Shown here: positions 8,025 through 17,257 of the stretch, piece by piece
Layout: every line of letters begins with the position of its first letter
How positions within the stretch are numbered: the first letter of the stretch is position 1
NCBI GenBank assembly: GCA_903907815.1
Contig: CAIVPM010000035.1
Location: 3,776 to 67,775, forward strand
Length of the DNA: 64,000 bases
Direction of reading: 5' to 3'
From: an uncultured Chitinophagaceae bacterium
GTDB taxonomy: Bacteria > Bacteroidota > Bacteroidia > Chitinophagales > Chitinophagaceae
Position numbers and translations under genes: made by a program
The notes under the pieces: model-generated
Database searches by the model: none
Told to the model about the DNA's origin: nothing
What the model saw: the letters and a program-made list of their open reading frames with translations, nothing else

Positions 8025-8207
8025 GTATGTATTTGCCTTTGCGTTAGTGCCAGCAGGGAATATCCTTTTGCTACCACCCCTGAACATGCTTTAAAATTGC
8101 ACCTAATACCAGTGGTAGCAAAAGATAGGAAAGGCTGGAACGGCCGCTTGCGGAACGCCCAAAAAACTAATTGACAATTGATGATGGATAATTGATAATG
8201 AATACAA
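8025..8207 (+). repeat. approx. 180-bp mosaic element with conserved arms and a variable internal hairpin; inverted copy at 28784-28957
   Basis: GCGTTAGTGCCAGCAGGGAATA (8041-8062) and GATAGGAAAGGCTGGAACGGCCGCTTGCGGAACGCCCAAAA (8124-8164) are matched in reverse complement at 28924-28945 and 28829-28870. The internal 13-bp stem is 8065-8077/8112-8124. The ends are GTATGTATTTG and GAATACAA. Confidence 0.85.
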
Positions 8208-8332
8208 CTTGAAGGTATATATTTATAAATGATTGAACTGCCAGATCGTGTTTTTTAAAAACTTCATATTAAGTTAACCTACCCGTAACATTCAGTTCAC
8301 ATACAATCCGTCCTTTTGCTAAACCTTCAGAT

Positions 8333-9184
8333 ATGGAGAAACGTAAAATAGAGATTGCAGTACTGAGTGATATACACCTTGGAACCTATGGATGTCACGC
8401 AAAAGAACTGGTGCAATACCTAAAATCCATCGACCCCAAAATTCTCATTCTCAACGGCGATATAATTGATATCTGGCAGTTTAATAAAAGATATTTTCCG
8501 GTGCATCACATGGAGGTAATTAAAGAGATTATGAAATTTCTTTCGCGCGGTACAAGGGTGATTTATATTACCGGAAACCACGATGAAGCACTTAGAAGAT
8601 ACAGCGATTTATTTCTGGGAAACCTTCAGTTAACCGATAAGGTAGTGATGGAAATAAATGGCGAGATGACCTGGATTTTTCATGGCGATGTGTTTGATGC
8701 TACCACAAAAGGTGGTGCTAAAATACTGGCTAAACTGGGTGGTCATGGATACGACTTACTGATATACATTAATAGCTTTATCAACTGGTCGTTGAAGCTG
8801 TTTGGGAAAGAGAAAATGAGCTTTAGCAAGAAGGTTAAAAACAGTGTGAAGAAAGCAGTATCCTGGATTGGAGACTTTGAACAAACAGCTGCTGAACTGG
8901 CCATAGCAAAGAATTATAAGTATGTGATTTGCGGACATATTCATCAGCCTCAACACCGAACAATTACTACCGAAAATGGATCTGTTACGTATTTAAATAG
9001 TGGCGACTGGATAGAGAATCTTACCTCGCTGGAATACTACGATGGAGGATGGAAAATTTATCAATACGACGAGAAAGAATTCTCGCAGAAGGGGGCTACC
9101 ATTATTGATTTACAAAAGCGTTTACCTACCTTAAATGTACAGACAGATGAGGTGGCTTATTTTATTAATTCACTGGCAAAATAA
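8333..9184 (+). CDS. LpxH-like metallophosphoesterase (UDP-2,3-diacylglucosamine diphosphatase family)
   Basis: Calcineurin-type motifs LSDIHLG, NGDIIDIW, GNHDE, GHIH. Confidence 0.7.
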   Translation: MEKRKIEIAVLSDIHLGTYGCHAKELVQYLKSIDPKILILNGDIIDIWQFNKRYFPVHHMEVIKEIMKFLSRGTRVIYITGNHDEALRRYSDLFLGNLQLTDKVVMEINGEMTWIFHGDVFDATTKGGAKILAKLGGHGYDLLIYINSFINWSLKLFGKEKMSFSKKVKNSVKKAVSWIGDFEQTAAELAIAKNYKYVICGHIHQPQHRTITTENGSVTYLNSGDWIENLTSLEYYDGGWKIYQYDEKEFSQKGATIIDLQKRLPTLNVQTDEVAYFINSLAK

Positions 9185-9190
9185 TCTATT

Positions 9191-10261
9191 ATGAAAATTC
9201 TTTATGCAGTACAGGCAACCGGTAATGGCCATATCAGCAGGGCGATACAGCTAATGCCTTATCTGGAACAATACGGAACTGTTGATATTTTTCTGAGTGG
9301 AAATAACTGTCACCTAGATGCTGCTTTGCCGGTTAAATATCGCAGCAAAGGATTGAGTTTATTTTATGGTAATAAAGGTGGTTTGGATTACCTGAAAATG
9401 TGGAAGGAACTGAGCATAAAAAGAATATGGAAAGAAGCAAATGAGCTTCCTGTAGATAAGTATGATCTGGTAATAAATGATTTTGAAAGTATTACTTCGC
9501 TGGCATGTAAACTGAAGAAAAAGGAGAGCATACAATTTGGTCATCAGGCAAGTTTTCAAAGCCCGCTTACACCAAGACCAAACAAGAAAGATTTGTTTGG
9601 TGAAATAATTCTGAAGAACTATGCGCCTGCTACTGCTTATTTTGGTTTACACTTTAGTGGATACGATAAGAACATTTATAATCCTATTATTAAATCTGAA
9701 ATAGTGGACTGTACGCCTGCCGATAAAGGGCATATCAGTGTATATCTTTCCCACTATTCTATAGCAGTAATGCAGGCACACTTTTTAAAGGTTAAGGGCA
9801 TACGTTTCGAAGTGTTTTCGAAAGAGGTGAAAGCACCGTATACGGTACAAAATATTTCGTTCTTTCCTATCTCCAACAATGGATTTACCAATAGCGTAAT
9901 AGATAGTTACGGGGTAATAACCGGAGCAGGATTTGAAACACCTGCTGAGGCTATGTATCTTGGTAAAAAGCTTTTATGCTTACCTATAAAAGGTCAGTAC
10001 GAGCAGGCTTGTAATGCAGCAGCGCTGGAGCAACTTGGGGTAACCATAGTACCATCGATAGCGGCTAACTTTTCTTCTACCATAGAAAGCTGGTTGAACA
10101 AAGCAGCTGCACCTGTTTTAACCTTGCAACACAACACTTATGATTTAGTACAGCAGGTAATAGAACAAGGCAGAACTGTGACGCATAATGCCAAAAATGC
10201 TACCACCGATAATAACTTCTGGATGCCAGGAAATATGGATTATTCTCCTGAAATAAAATAA
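9191..10261 (+). CDS. glycosyltransferase (GT-B, MJ1255/GT28-C-like)
   Basis: N-terminus MKILYAVQATGNGHISRA and C-terminal GAGFETPAEAMYLGKK, typical of this GT group. Starts 6 nt after the phosphoesterase gene. Confidence 0.65.
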   Translation: MKILYAVQATGNGHISRAIQLMPYLEQYGTVDIFLSGNNCHLDAALPVKYRSKGLSLFYGNKGGLDYLKMWKELSIKRIWKEANELPVDKYDLVINDFESITSLACKLKKKESIQFGHQASFQSPLTPRPNKKDLFGEIILKNYAPATAYFGLHFSGYDKNIYNPIIKSEIVDCTPADKGHISVYLSHYSIAVMQAHFLKVKGIRFEVFSKEVKAPYTVQNISFFPISNNGFTNSVIDSYGVITGAGFETPAEAMYLGKKLLCLPIKGQYEQACNAAALEQLGVTIVPSIAANFSSTIESWLNKAAAPVLTLQHNTYDLVQQVIEQGRTVTHNAKNATTDNNFWMPGNMDYSPEIK

Positions 10262-10265
10262 AAAT

Positions 10266-10625
10266 ATGAATTGTATTACTGATAGCGAAAAGAATGTTGT
10301 AGCCTATCTACACAATATGATGATTATTGATTTTCAGCAGGAGCGCGTAATTGGGCTGGTATTGGGTAACTGTGTTTTTGGATTACATAAAGAACCGGTA
10401 GGAAAATTGTTCAATAATGTTTTCCGTCATTTAAATGGCGAAATAATAGCCCTTTTGGAAGAAGAGAAAGTAAATAGTCACCCTACAAAACTGAAAGAAA
10501 AAGCCTTCATTATGGAGGCTTGGTTTATTTTAAATAATGTACAGAATCATACCTGTATATGGATTGAGGAAAAGAAAAAGTGGCACAAGAAGGGATTATT
10601 ATTTTTTTTGCAGCAGAATAAATAA
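10266..10625 (+). CDS. hypothetical protein
   Basis: 119-aa ORF tightly packed between the GT and GH1 genes. There is only a faint resemblance to repeated beta-hairpin (beta-flower-like) proteins, so no family is assigned. Confidence 0.4.
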   Translation: MNCITDSEKNVVAYLHNMMIIDFQQERVIGLVLGNCVFGLHKEPVGKLFNNVFRHLNGEIIALLEEEKVNSHPTKLKEKAFIMEAWFILNNVQNHTCIWIEEKKKWHKKGLLFFLQQNK

Positions 10626-10631
10626 TCATTC

Positions 10632-11984
10632 TTGAATACAACAACGATTAGCGCAAAAGATTTTGGTGATAATTTTAAGTGGGGAGTAGCAATGTCTGCT
10701 GCCCAGAACGAAGGGGCTTATCTGGAGGATGGCAGGGGCTTGTCTATATGGGATGTGTTTGCCCGCAAATCAGGAAAAATAAAAGGAAATACTAAACCTA
10801 CCGAATGTTGCGACTTTTATCATCGTTATAAAGATGATTTATTATTAGCTAAAGCCCTTGGTTTTACCACATTTAGGTTCTCCATTTCCTGGAGCCGTAT
10901 ACTACCCGATGGAGTAGGTAAGGTAAATAAAGCTGGCATTGCATTTTACAATAAACTGATAGATGAGTGTCTCATAAATGGACTGGAACCCATGATTACT
11001 ATCTATCATTGGGACCTTCCTTACGAGCTGGAAAAGAAAGGAGGATGGACGAGTCATTTAATGCGCAAATGGTTTGAGCGTTTTACTACTATTTGTGTGA
11101 ATGCTTTTGGTGATAGAGTGCAGCACTGGATAGTGATGAACGAGCCCAGCGGATTTACTACCCTTGGCTATATGGTAGGACAACATGCACCGGGTAAAAT
11201 AGGTTTCGATGGCTATATGTCGGCCATACATAATGCCGCTTTATGTACGGCAGATGGTGGCAGGATTATCCGTAGTCATTCTTCTAAAGCGATAATTGGT
11301 ACAGCCTTTTCCTGTAGTGAAGTAATACCCTATAAAGAAGAATTGTTGCATATAAAAGCAGCTGCCAAAGCGGATGTTATTCTGAACAGAATGTTTATAG
11401 AGCCAGCACTTGGACTGGGCTATCCTGAAGACCCAGACTTCCCTTTTCTGGAGAAATTATACTTTCATTCCAAGGCCTGGAAATATACCAGACAAATGCA
11501 GTTTGACTTTGATTTTATAGGCATTCAAAACTACTTCTCTCTTACTGTAAAGCACAATAGTATTATCCCTTATATCAATGCTTCAGAAGTAAAAGCCTCT
11601 ACCCGAAATGTACCTCATACCGATCTGGGATGGGAGATTAATGCAGATAGTTTTTATAGAATGATAAAGCGTTTCTGGGATTATGGCAATGTAAAAAGTA
11701 TTATAGTAACAGAAGGGGGAGCATGCTTTAAAGACCAGTTGAAAAATGGTGTGGTAAACGATGAGAAAAGGATAGCCTATTATCAGCAATATCTTGCAGC
11801 AGTCTTAAAAGCGAAAAATGAAGGAGTGAACTTAAACGGCTACCTGGCATGGACGCTGACTGATAATTTTGAGTGGGCTTTTGGTTATAATGCCCGCTTT
11901 GGATTGATACATGTAGACTTTGAAACGCAACTAAGAACCATTAAAAATTCGGGTTACTGGTTCAGGAATTTCCTGAAGAAATAG
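10632..11984 (+). CDS. GH1 beta-glucosidase
   Basis: FKWGVAMSAAQNEG, acid/base motif VMNEP, nucleophile region IIVTEGG, C-terminal WTLTDNFEW. TTG start inferred from the ORF track. Confidence 0.85.
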   Translation: MNTTTISAKDFGDNFKWGVAMSAAQNEGAYLEDGRGLSIWDVFARKSGKIKGNTKPTECCDFYHRYKDDLLLAKALGFTTFRFSISWSRILPDGVGKVNKAGIAFYNKLIDECLINGLEPMITIYHWDLPYELEKKGGWTSHLMRKWFERFTTICVNAFGDRVQHWIVMNEPSGFTTLGYMVGQHAPGKIGFDGYMSAIHNAALCTADGGRIIRSHSSKAIIGTAFSCSEVIPYKEELLHIKAAAKADVILNRMFIEPALGLGYPEDPDFPFLEKLYFHSKAWKYTRQMQFDFDFIGIQNYFSLTVKHNSIIPYINASEVKASTRNVPHTDLGWEINADSFYRMIKRFWDYGNVKSIIVTEGGACFKDQLKNGVVNDEKRIAYYQQYLAAVLKAKNEGVNLNGYLAWTLTDNFEWAFGYNARFGLIHVDFETQLRTIKNSGYWFRNFLKK

Positions 11985-12039
11985 TTTAGGGAAACTGCAT
12001 CAGAAAAGTTTATAGTACTTAAAAACCGCCTTCTATTTT

Positions 12040-12076
12040 CAACTCATACCATTTTTTCTACAACTCATACCATTTT
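12040..12076 (+). promoter_or_regulatory. two identical 16-nt direct repeats spaced 21 bp (candidate LytTR-type operator)
   Basis: CAACTCATACCATTTT at 12040-12055 and 12061-12076. The second copy ends 50 nt upstream (12077-12126) of the receptor ATG at 12127. Confidence 0.35.
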
Positions 12077-12126
12077 GTTTTCTCCAGGATCTTCTCAGAC
12101 GTTTCTTTGAATCCAAATTAGAAAAT

Positions 12127-14487
12127 ATGAAAAGATTATTTATACTATTGATCCTACAAAGTATAGCAGCCATCACAATGGCACAAACTTCAGGTTTTAC
12201 TCAAACCATCAGGGGACGAATTATTGATGAACAATCGGGCAATATACTATCGGGCGTAACGGTGAGTATTAATGGGTTAAATATTAATGCAGTAGCAGAC
12301 TCAACAGGTTATTTTAAACTACAACTGGTACCTATAGGCCGTCAATCGGTAAGGGCAAGTATGACTGGATATGAGGAATCGAGTATACAAAATATTGAAG
12401 TAACCTCTTCTAAGGAAGTTGTACTGGAAATTAAGTTGAAAGAAAAAGTAAAGAGACTAAATGATATAGTGCTGGTTAGTAATAGCAAAAAGAATAAAGC
12501 TATCAATGAAATGGCGCTGGTAAGTGCCAGACAATTAAGTATTGATGAAGCAGTCAGATACTCGGGTACCAGAAATGACCCAAGCAGAATGGCACAGAAT
12601 TTTGCCGGAGTAAGTGGTACAAACGATGCCCGAAACGATATTGTTATCAGGGGTAATTCGCCCAGCGGTGTGTTGTGGAGAATGGATGGAATTGATATTC
12701 CTAACCCTAACCATTTTAATACTTTAGGGTCTACCGGAGGGCCAGTAACGATGTTGAATACCAACACTTTAAAAAACTCCGATTTCATGACAAGTGCATT
12801 TCCTGCACAGTATGGTAATGCACTTGCAGGGGTGTTTGATTTAAGAATGAGAAATGGTAATAGCGATAAAAATGAATACCTTGGAGAAATGGGTTTTAAT
12901 GGTTTTGAATTTGCAGCCGAAGGGTCATTGAACAAGAAGAATAAATCATCTTTTCTGGTGGACTATCGTTATTCCATGGTGGCAACAATACAAGCGCTGG
13001 GATTGAGTGTGGGGACAGGTTCTTCCACACCTTATTATCAGGATTTGAACTTTAAATTTCATATCAATACTAAGAAAGCAGGCACTTTTGATATATTTGG
13101 TTTAGGAGGAGAAAGTCATATTGATATGCCTCCCGATACAACCAATAATTTATATACACAAGGCGATGGAATTGTACGTCATGCAAACGATAAATCTTTA
13201 ACTGGGGTAATTGGGATAAGTAATACCTGTTTTTACAACAGCAATACATCGGGTAAGATTGTTGCTGCTATATCAAGTGCTAAAGCACAATATTATTCCA
13301 ATAGAATTATTACTAGAAAGCCAGAAAAAAAGGATTATGATTTTGATAATCTTCAGAACAAGATATCATTGGGATATACTTTCAATAAAAAGTTTACCGC
13401 TAAAAATCAGCTGACTGCTGGATTACTGGGCGATATGTATTTATTAAATCTGCAAGAGCGTTATATATACAAAGGAGACTCTGTAATCAGCACTGCAATT
13501 AATATAAATAGCAACAGTACTTTAGTGAAAGGGTTTGTGAATTTCAGTCATCGTTTTACCAATCAATTATCTTCCAATCTGGGTGTTTATTCCCAATGGT
13601 ATAGTTTGAACAATGCATTTAATGTTGAACCAAGATGGAATTTAAAGTATCAATTACAACCTAATCAATCATTATCTTTTGGTGCAGGATTGCACAGTCA
13701 GATGCAACCGCTGGAAATATATTTTTATGAGACACCAAACTCTTCAGGACAAATGGAGATGACAAATAAAAATCTTGATTTTGTAAAAAGTGTGCATCTG
13801 GTAGCGGGCTATGATATTAGTTTTAATAATCATCTAAGATTTAAGACAGAAATATATGAACAGTTTATTAATAATGCAGCAGTTGAAACAATGCCAACAT
13901 CGTTTAGTATGCTAAATGCGGGAGCAAATTTTGGTTTCCCTGAAAAAGGAAATCTATTGAATAATGGCAAAGGGCATAACTATGGAATAGAACTTACTCT
14001 GGAGAAGTTTTTACATCAGGGTTTTTATTATCTGATTACAGGATCTGCGTTTCAATCGGAGTATAAAGGAAGCGATAATATCTGGCGTAGTACTGCATTC
14101 AATAGCAACTATGTGCTGAATGTGCTGGGTGGAAAAGAGTTTAAAATAAATCAAAAATCATCCTTTAGTATCGATACAAAATTTGCAGTTGCTGGTGGAC
14201 AGCGTTATACTCCATTTAATATAGATTCATCAAAAGCAGTTGGCTATGTGGTGTATAAAGACGATCAGGCATACTCTTTACAAAACAATACTTATTTTCG
14301 TTGGGATCTGAAGTTCTCGTATACACAGAACAGAAAGAAATCGACACAGAAATGGTATATAGATTTTCAGAATGTAACAAATCAAAATAATATATTTTCC
14401 AGACAATTAAATCCAGCTTCTGGTAAGGTAACTGTGGTTAATCAGATTGGATTTTTTCCTAACGTAAATTATCAGATTACGTTTTAG
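12127..14487 (+). CDS. TonB-dependent receptor with N-terminal carboxypeptidase-regulatory-like domain
   Basis: Signal peptide. CarboxypepD_reg-like GRIIDEQSGNILSGVTVSINGLNINAVADSTGYFKL. Plug motifs (VIRGNSPSGVLWRMDGIDI). Terminal ...NYQITF. Confidence 0.75.
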   Translation: MKRLFILLILQSIAAITMAQTSGFTQTIRGRIIDEQSGNILSGVTVSINGLNINAVADSTGYFKLQLVPIGRQSVRASMTGYEESSIQNIEVTSSKEVVLEIKLKEKVKRLNDIVLVSNSKKNKAINEMALVSARQLSIDEAVRYSGTRNDPSRMAQNFAGVSGTNDARNDIVIRGNSPSGVLWRMDGIDIPNPNHFNTLGSTGGPVTMLNTNTLKNSDFMTSAFPAQYGNALAGVFDLRMRNGNSDKNEYLGEMGFNGFEFAAEGSLNKKNKSSFLVDYRYSMVATIQALGLSVGTGSSTPYYQDLNFKFHINTKKAGTFDIFGLGGESHIDMPPDTTNNLYTQGDGIVRHANDKSLTGVIGISNTCFYNSNTSGKIVAAISSAKAQYYSNRIITRKPEKKDYDFDNLQNKISLGYTFNKKFTAKNQLTAGLLGDMYLLNLQERYIYKGDSVISTAININSNSTLVKGFVNFSHRFTNQLSSNLGVYSQWYSLNNAFNVEPRWNLKYQLQPNQSLSFGAGLHSQMQPLEIYFYETPNSSGQMEMTNKNLDFVKSVHLVAGYDISFNNHLRFKTEIYEQFINNAAVETMPTSFSMLNAGANFGFPEKGNLLNNGKGHNYGIELTLEKFLHQGFYYLITGSAFQSEYKGSDNIWRSTAFNSNYVLNVLGGKEFKINQKSSFSIDTKFAVAGGQRYTPFNIDSSKAVGYVVYKDDQAYSLQNNTYFRWDLKFSYTQNRKKSTQKWYIDFQNVTNQNNIFSRQLNPASGKVTVVNQIGFFPNVNYQITF

Positions 14488-14532
14488 TAATTTAATAATG
14501 ATGCAGGCATAACATATTTTAATTGTATTATA

Positions 14533-15582
14533 ATGGTGAACAAAAAAATTGGTTTTAATGATACCTGGGTATTGCTGATTGGTATACCTTTTACGGCATT
14601 TATTATTCCAATTGTTTTTAATGGAGTCCGGTTTACCAGAGAGCCATTATATAGTCCAAGAATATTTTTTATTGCACTGTTTTATACGGTAATACTATGG
14701 GTTGGAAACCGATATATAATGATCTGGGCAAGAAAGAAATATCCGCATTTTGATGATGTGAAGAGAAGGATTATAACGCAGTCTGTAATCATGTTCTTAT
14801 TTACCATAATTGCTTGTAATCTATTGGGGTTTGCAGAATTTCGTATTCTTGAAGTATGGCTACAATATCCCTGTAATAATGCGTCCCCAATAGATAAATT
14901 AATTGATGGCAACAATGCTGCTTTGTTCTGTAGTTTAACCGTTTCGGCTATATACGAATCAAAGTATTTTATGCACGAATTAAAAAGTTCAGTTGAGGAA
15001 AAAGAATTATTAAAAAGGGAAGCGCTACAATCGCAGTTAAATGCTTTAAAAACGCAGATTAATCCTCATTTTTTGTTTAATAACTTAAATACTTTAAGTG
15101 CAATTATTCCAGATAATCCACAACAGGCAGTAGATTTTGTACAACAGTTATCAAAAGTGTATCGCCACATATTAGCAGTGAAAGATGAAGAGCATATACC
15201 ATTAGAAAATGAGCTTGAAGTGCTGGAGTCCTATTCCTTTTTACTGAAAACGAGATTTGAAGACAATATTAATATCACCATTAATGTGCCATCGAAGTAT
15301 TATTCATTTCAAATACCCCCCTTGTGCTTACAACTGTTGATGGAGAACGCTATTAAGCACAATATCATTTCTACAGATAAGCCATTATACATTGAAGTAT
15401 CTGTAGTAAATGATAAATTGGTTTTTAAAAATAACCTTCAAAAGAAAATACAATCTGTTGATTCGACAGGTATAGGGTTGAATAATATAAAAAACAGGAT
15501 GAAGTTGCTTACCGATAAACCTGTTCAGATAACGCAGACAGATACTTATTTTGCAGTAACAATTCCACTATTAAGTATTTAA
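14533..15582 (+). CDS. LytS/YehU-type sensor histidine kinase
   Basis: N-terminal TM helices. His_kinase motif QINPHFLFNNLNTLS. ATPase motifs MENAIKHN and GIGLNNIKNR. Confidence 0.8.
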   Translation: MVNKKIGFNDTWVLLIGIPFTAFIIPIVFNGVRFTREPLYSPRIFFIALFYTVILWVGNRYIMIWARKKYPHFDDVKRRIITQSVIMFLFTIIACNLLGFAEFRILEVWLQYPCNNASPIDKLIDGNNAALFCSLTVSAIYESKYFMHELKSSVEEKELLKREALQSQLNALKTQINPHFLFNNLNTLSAIIPDNPQQAVDFVQQLSKVYRHILAVKDEEHIPLENELEVLESYSFLLKTRFEDNINITINVPSKYYSFQIPPLCLQLLMENAIKHNIISTDKPLYIEVSVVNDKLVFKNNLQKKIQSVDSTGIGLNNIKNRMKLLTDKPVQITQTDTYFAVTIPLLSI

Positions 15583-15586
15583 CTAC

Positions 15587-16348
15587 ATGAAAGTAATTAT
15601 TATTGAAGATGAAATACCAGCTGCAAAAAGGTTTGCAAAACTTATTACTAATGTGGATGAAAGTATAGAGATTGTTGCCAGATTCGATAGCATAGAATCG
15701 TCGGTTAAATACTTGCAGACTCAACCCATAATAGATTTGATATTTATGGATATTCAGTTAGCGGATGGTTTGTGTTTTACCATATTTGAACAAGTAAATA
15801 TTGCTACTCCCGTTATATTCACTACAGCATTTGACAAATACACCTTAAAAGCATTTAAAGTAAATAGTGTAGACTATTTATTGAAACCAATAGATGAAGA
15901 AGAACTATCAGTTGCAATTGAGAAATATAATCAAATTCATAAGAAAGAAATTACTAATCAATTTGATAAGTTTTCTGGTCTGTTAAATGATCTGGGTGTT
16001 GCAAAATACAAAGACCGTCTGATTATTAAAAGAGGGAAACAGATAAGCTTTATAAAGACGGAAGATATTGCCTGTTTTTATGCCAATGGTAAGTTGTGTT
16101 ATATAGTAGACAATAATAATCAAAAATATTTAGCAGAAGATAATCTTAGCAATCTATCAATGAAGCTGAATCCTAAGAACTTTTATCGGATAAACAGAAC
16201 AATGATTATCAATATTGCTGCTATTAAAAATACTGTTATCTGGTTGGGAGGAAGATTGAAAGTTGAATTACAAATTCCTACCAATGAAGAAACTATAGTT
16301 AGTCGCGAAAGGGTAGGTGGATTTAAGGAATGGCTTGATGGCGAATAA
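15587..16348 (+). CDS. LytTR-family response regulator
   Basis: Receiver (IIIEDE, FMDIQLADG, LLKP) plus a C-terminal LytTR domain (FYRINRTMIINI...VSRERV). Starts 4 nt after the kinase. Confidence 0.85.
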   Translation: MKVIIIEDEIPAAKRFAKLITNVDESIEIVARFDSIESSVKYLQTQPIIDLIFMDIQLADGLCFTIFEQVNIATPVIFTTAFDKYTLKAFKVNSVDYLLKPIDEEELSVAIEKYNQIHKKEITNQFDKFSGLLNDLGVAKYKDRLIIKRGKQISFIKTEDIACFYANGKLCYIVDNNNQKYLAEDNLSNLSMKLNPKNFYRINRTMIINIAAIKNTVIWLGGRLKVELQIPTNEETIVSRERVGGFKEWLDGE

Positions 16349-16405
16349 GTACAATATAAGTGCCGATTAAAAAAATTTGTATATTGCACTTGAAAACAAA
16401 AACCA

Positions 16406-17248
16406 GTGAGTAAAAACCTTATTTCAAAAATCAAAAAGCTAGGAATATTATTTACAGTATTAATTTGGCTTACATCCTGTTCCTCCTATAGGTATTTATA
16501 TTATGTTCCAACTCCCAACAATCCTACGTTTCAAAAGAAAGGACAATCGATGCTTAGTGCTGAAGTAGAGGGTACTGCATTTAGTAATACTGAATCTATT
16601 GGAGGAGCTTTTCAGGGAGCGTATGCTATAAATAATCATTGGGCTACTGGGTATCATTTTGATTATAGAGAAGAAAAGAACATTTACCGTAATACTTCCT
16701 TTACAAGCAACAGGAATAATTATTATGACTCTTCATATGTATTAACTAACAGAAACGCCCACGAAATTTCTATTGGTTATTTTACACCTGTTAATAAAAT
16801 AAAAACTGATTTTTTTAGCATCTATTCAGGGTATGGATATGGATTAATTCATATGAGAGAATCTGGGGCTGATTCTTCATTGAATCCATATCAGCGCGAC
16901 TTGCAGGCGACAATTCATAAATTTTTTATTCAACCAGCTTTCTACATTATTCCTAATAAAAATATATCCTTAGCCTTTGTTACAAAATTCTCTGGCTTCT
17001 ACTATTGTTTTAATAATAATAGTTATTCGACAGGAGAAAAAGTGTATTACAAAATGAATATTAATAACAATGATTTTTTTATAGATTTAGAACCCACTAT
17101 TTTCTTTTCTTTTGGAATTAAAAATGCACATTTATTCACTAGCTATACTTTTAGTTCACCGATATATGGTAAACCAATTGATGTAATTAGTTCCTGTTTT
17201 TCTTTTGGAACAAAAGTGGATTTAATAAGTATTTTAAAACACAGATAA
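16406..17248 (+). CDS. hypothetical lipoprotein (possible small OM barrel)
   Basis: Lipobox LTSCSS after a hydrophobic leader. Aromatic-rich beta pattern. GTG start. Confidence 0.45.
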   Translation: MSKNLISKIKKLGILFTVLIWLTSCSSYRYLYYVPTPNNPTFQKKGQSMLSAEVEGTAFSNTESIGGAFQGAYAINNHWATGYHFDYREEKNIYRNTSFTSNRNNYYDSSYVLTNRNAHEISIGYFTPVNKIKTDFFSIYSGYGYGLIHMRESGADSSLNPYQRDLQATIHKFFIQPAFYIIPNKNISLAFVTKFSGFYYCFNNNSYSTGEKVYYKMNINNNDFFIDLEPTIFFSFGIKNAHLFTSYTFSSPIYGKPIDVISSCFSFGTKVDLISILKHR

Positions 17249-17257
17249 GGGTTTGTA

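Noticed and set aside
12342-12935. 197-aa ORF on the minus strand inside the TonB-dependent receptor gene
   Set aside because: It is fully antisense to a well-supported receptor CDS. The translation is low-complexity (Ser/Leu/Pro-rich) with no motifs, which is typical of a shadow ORF.
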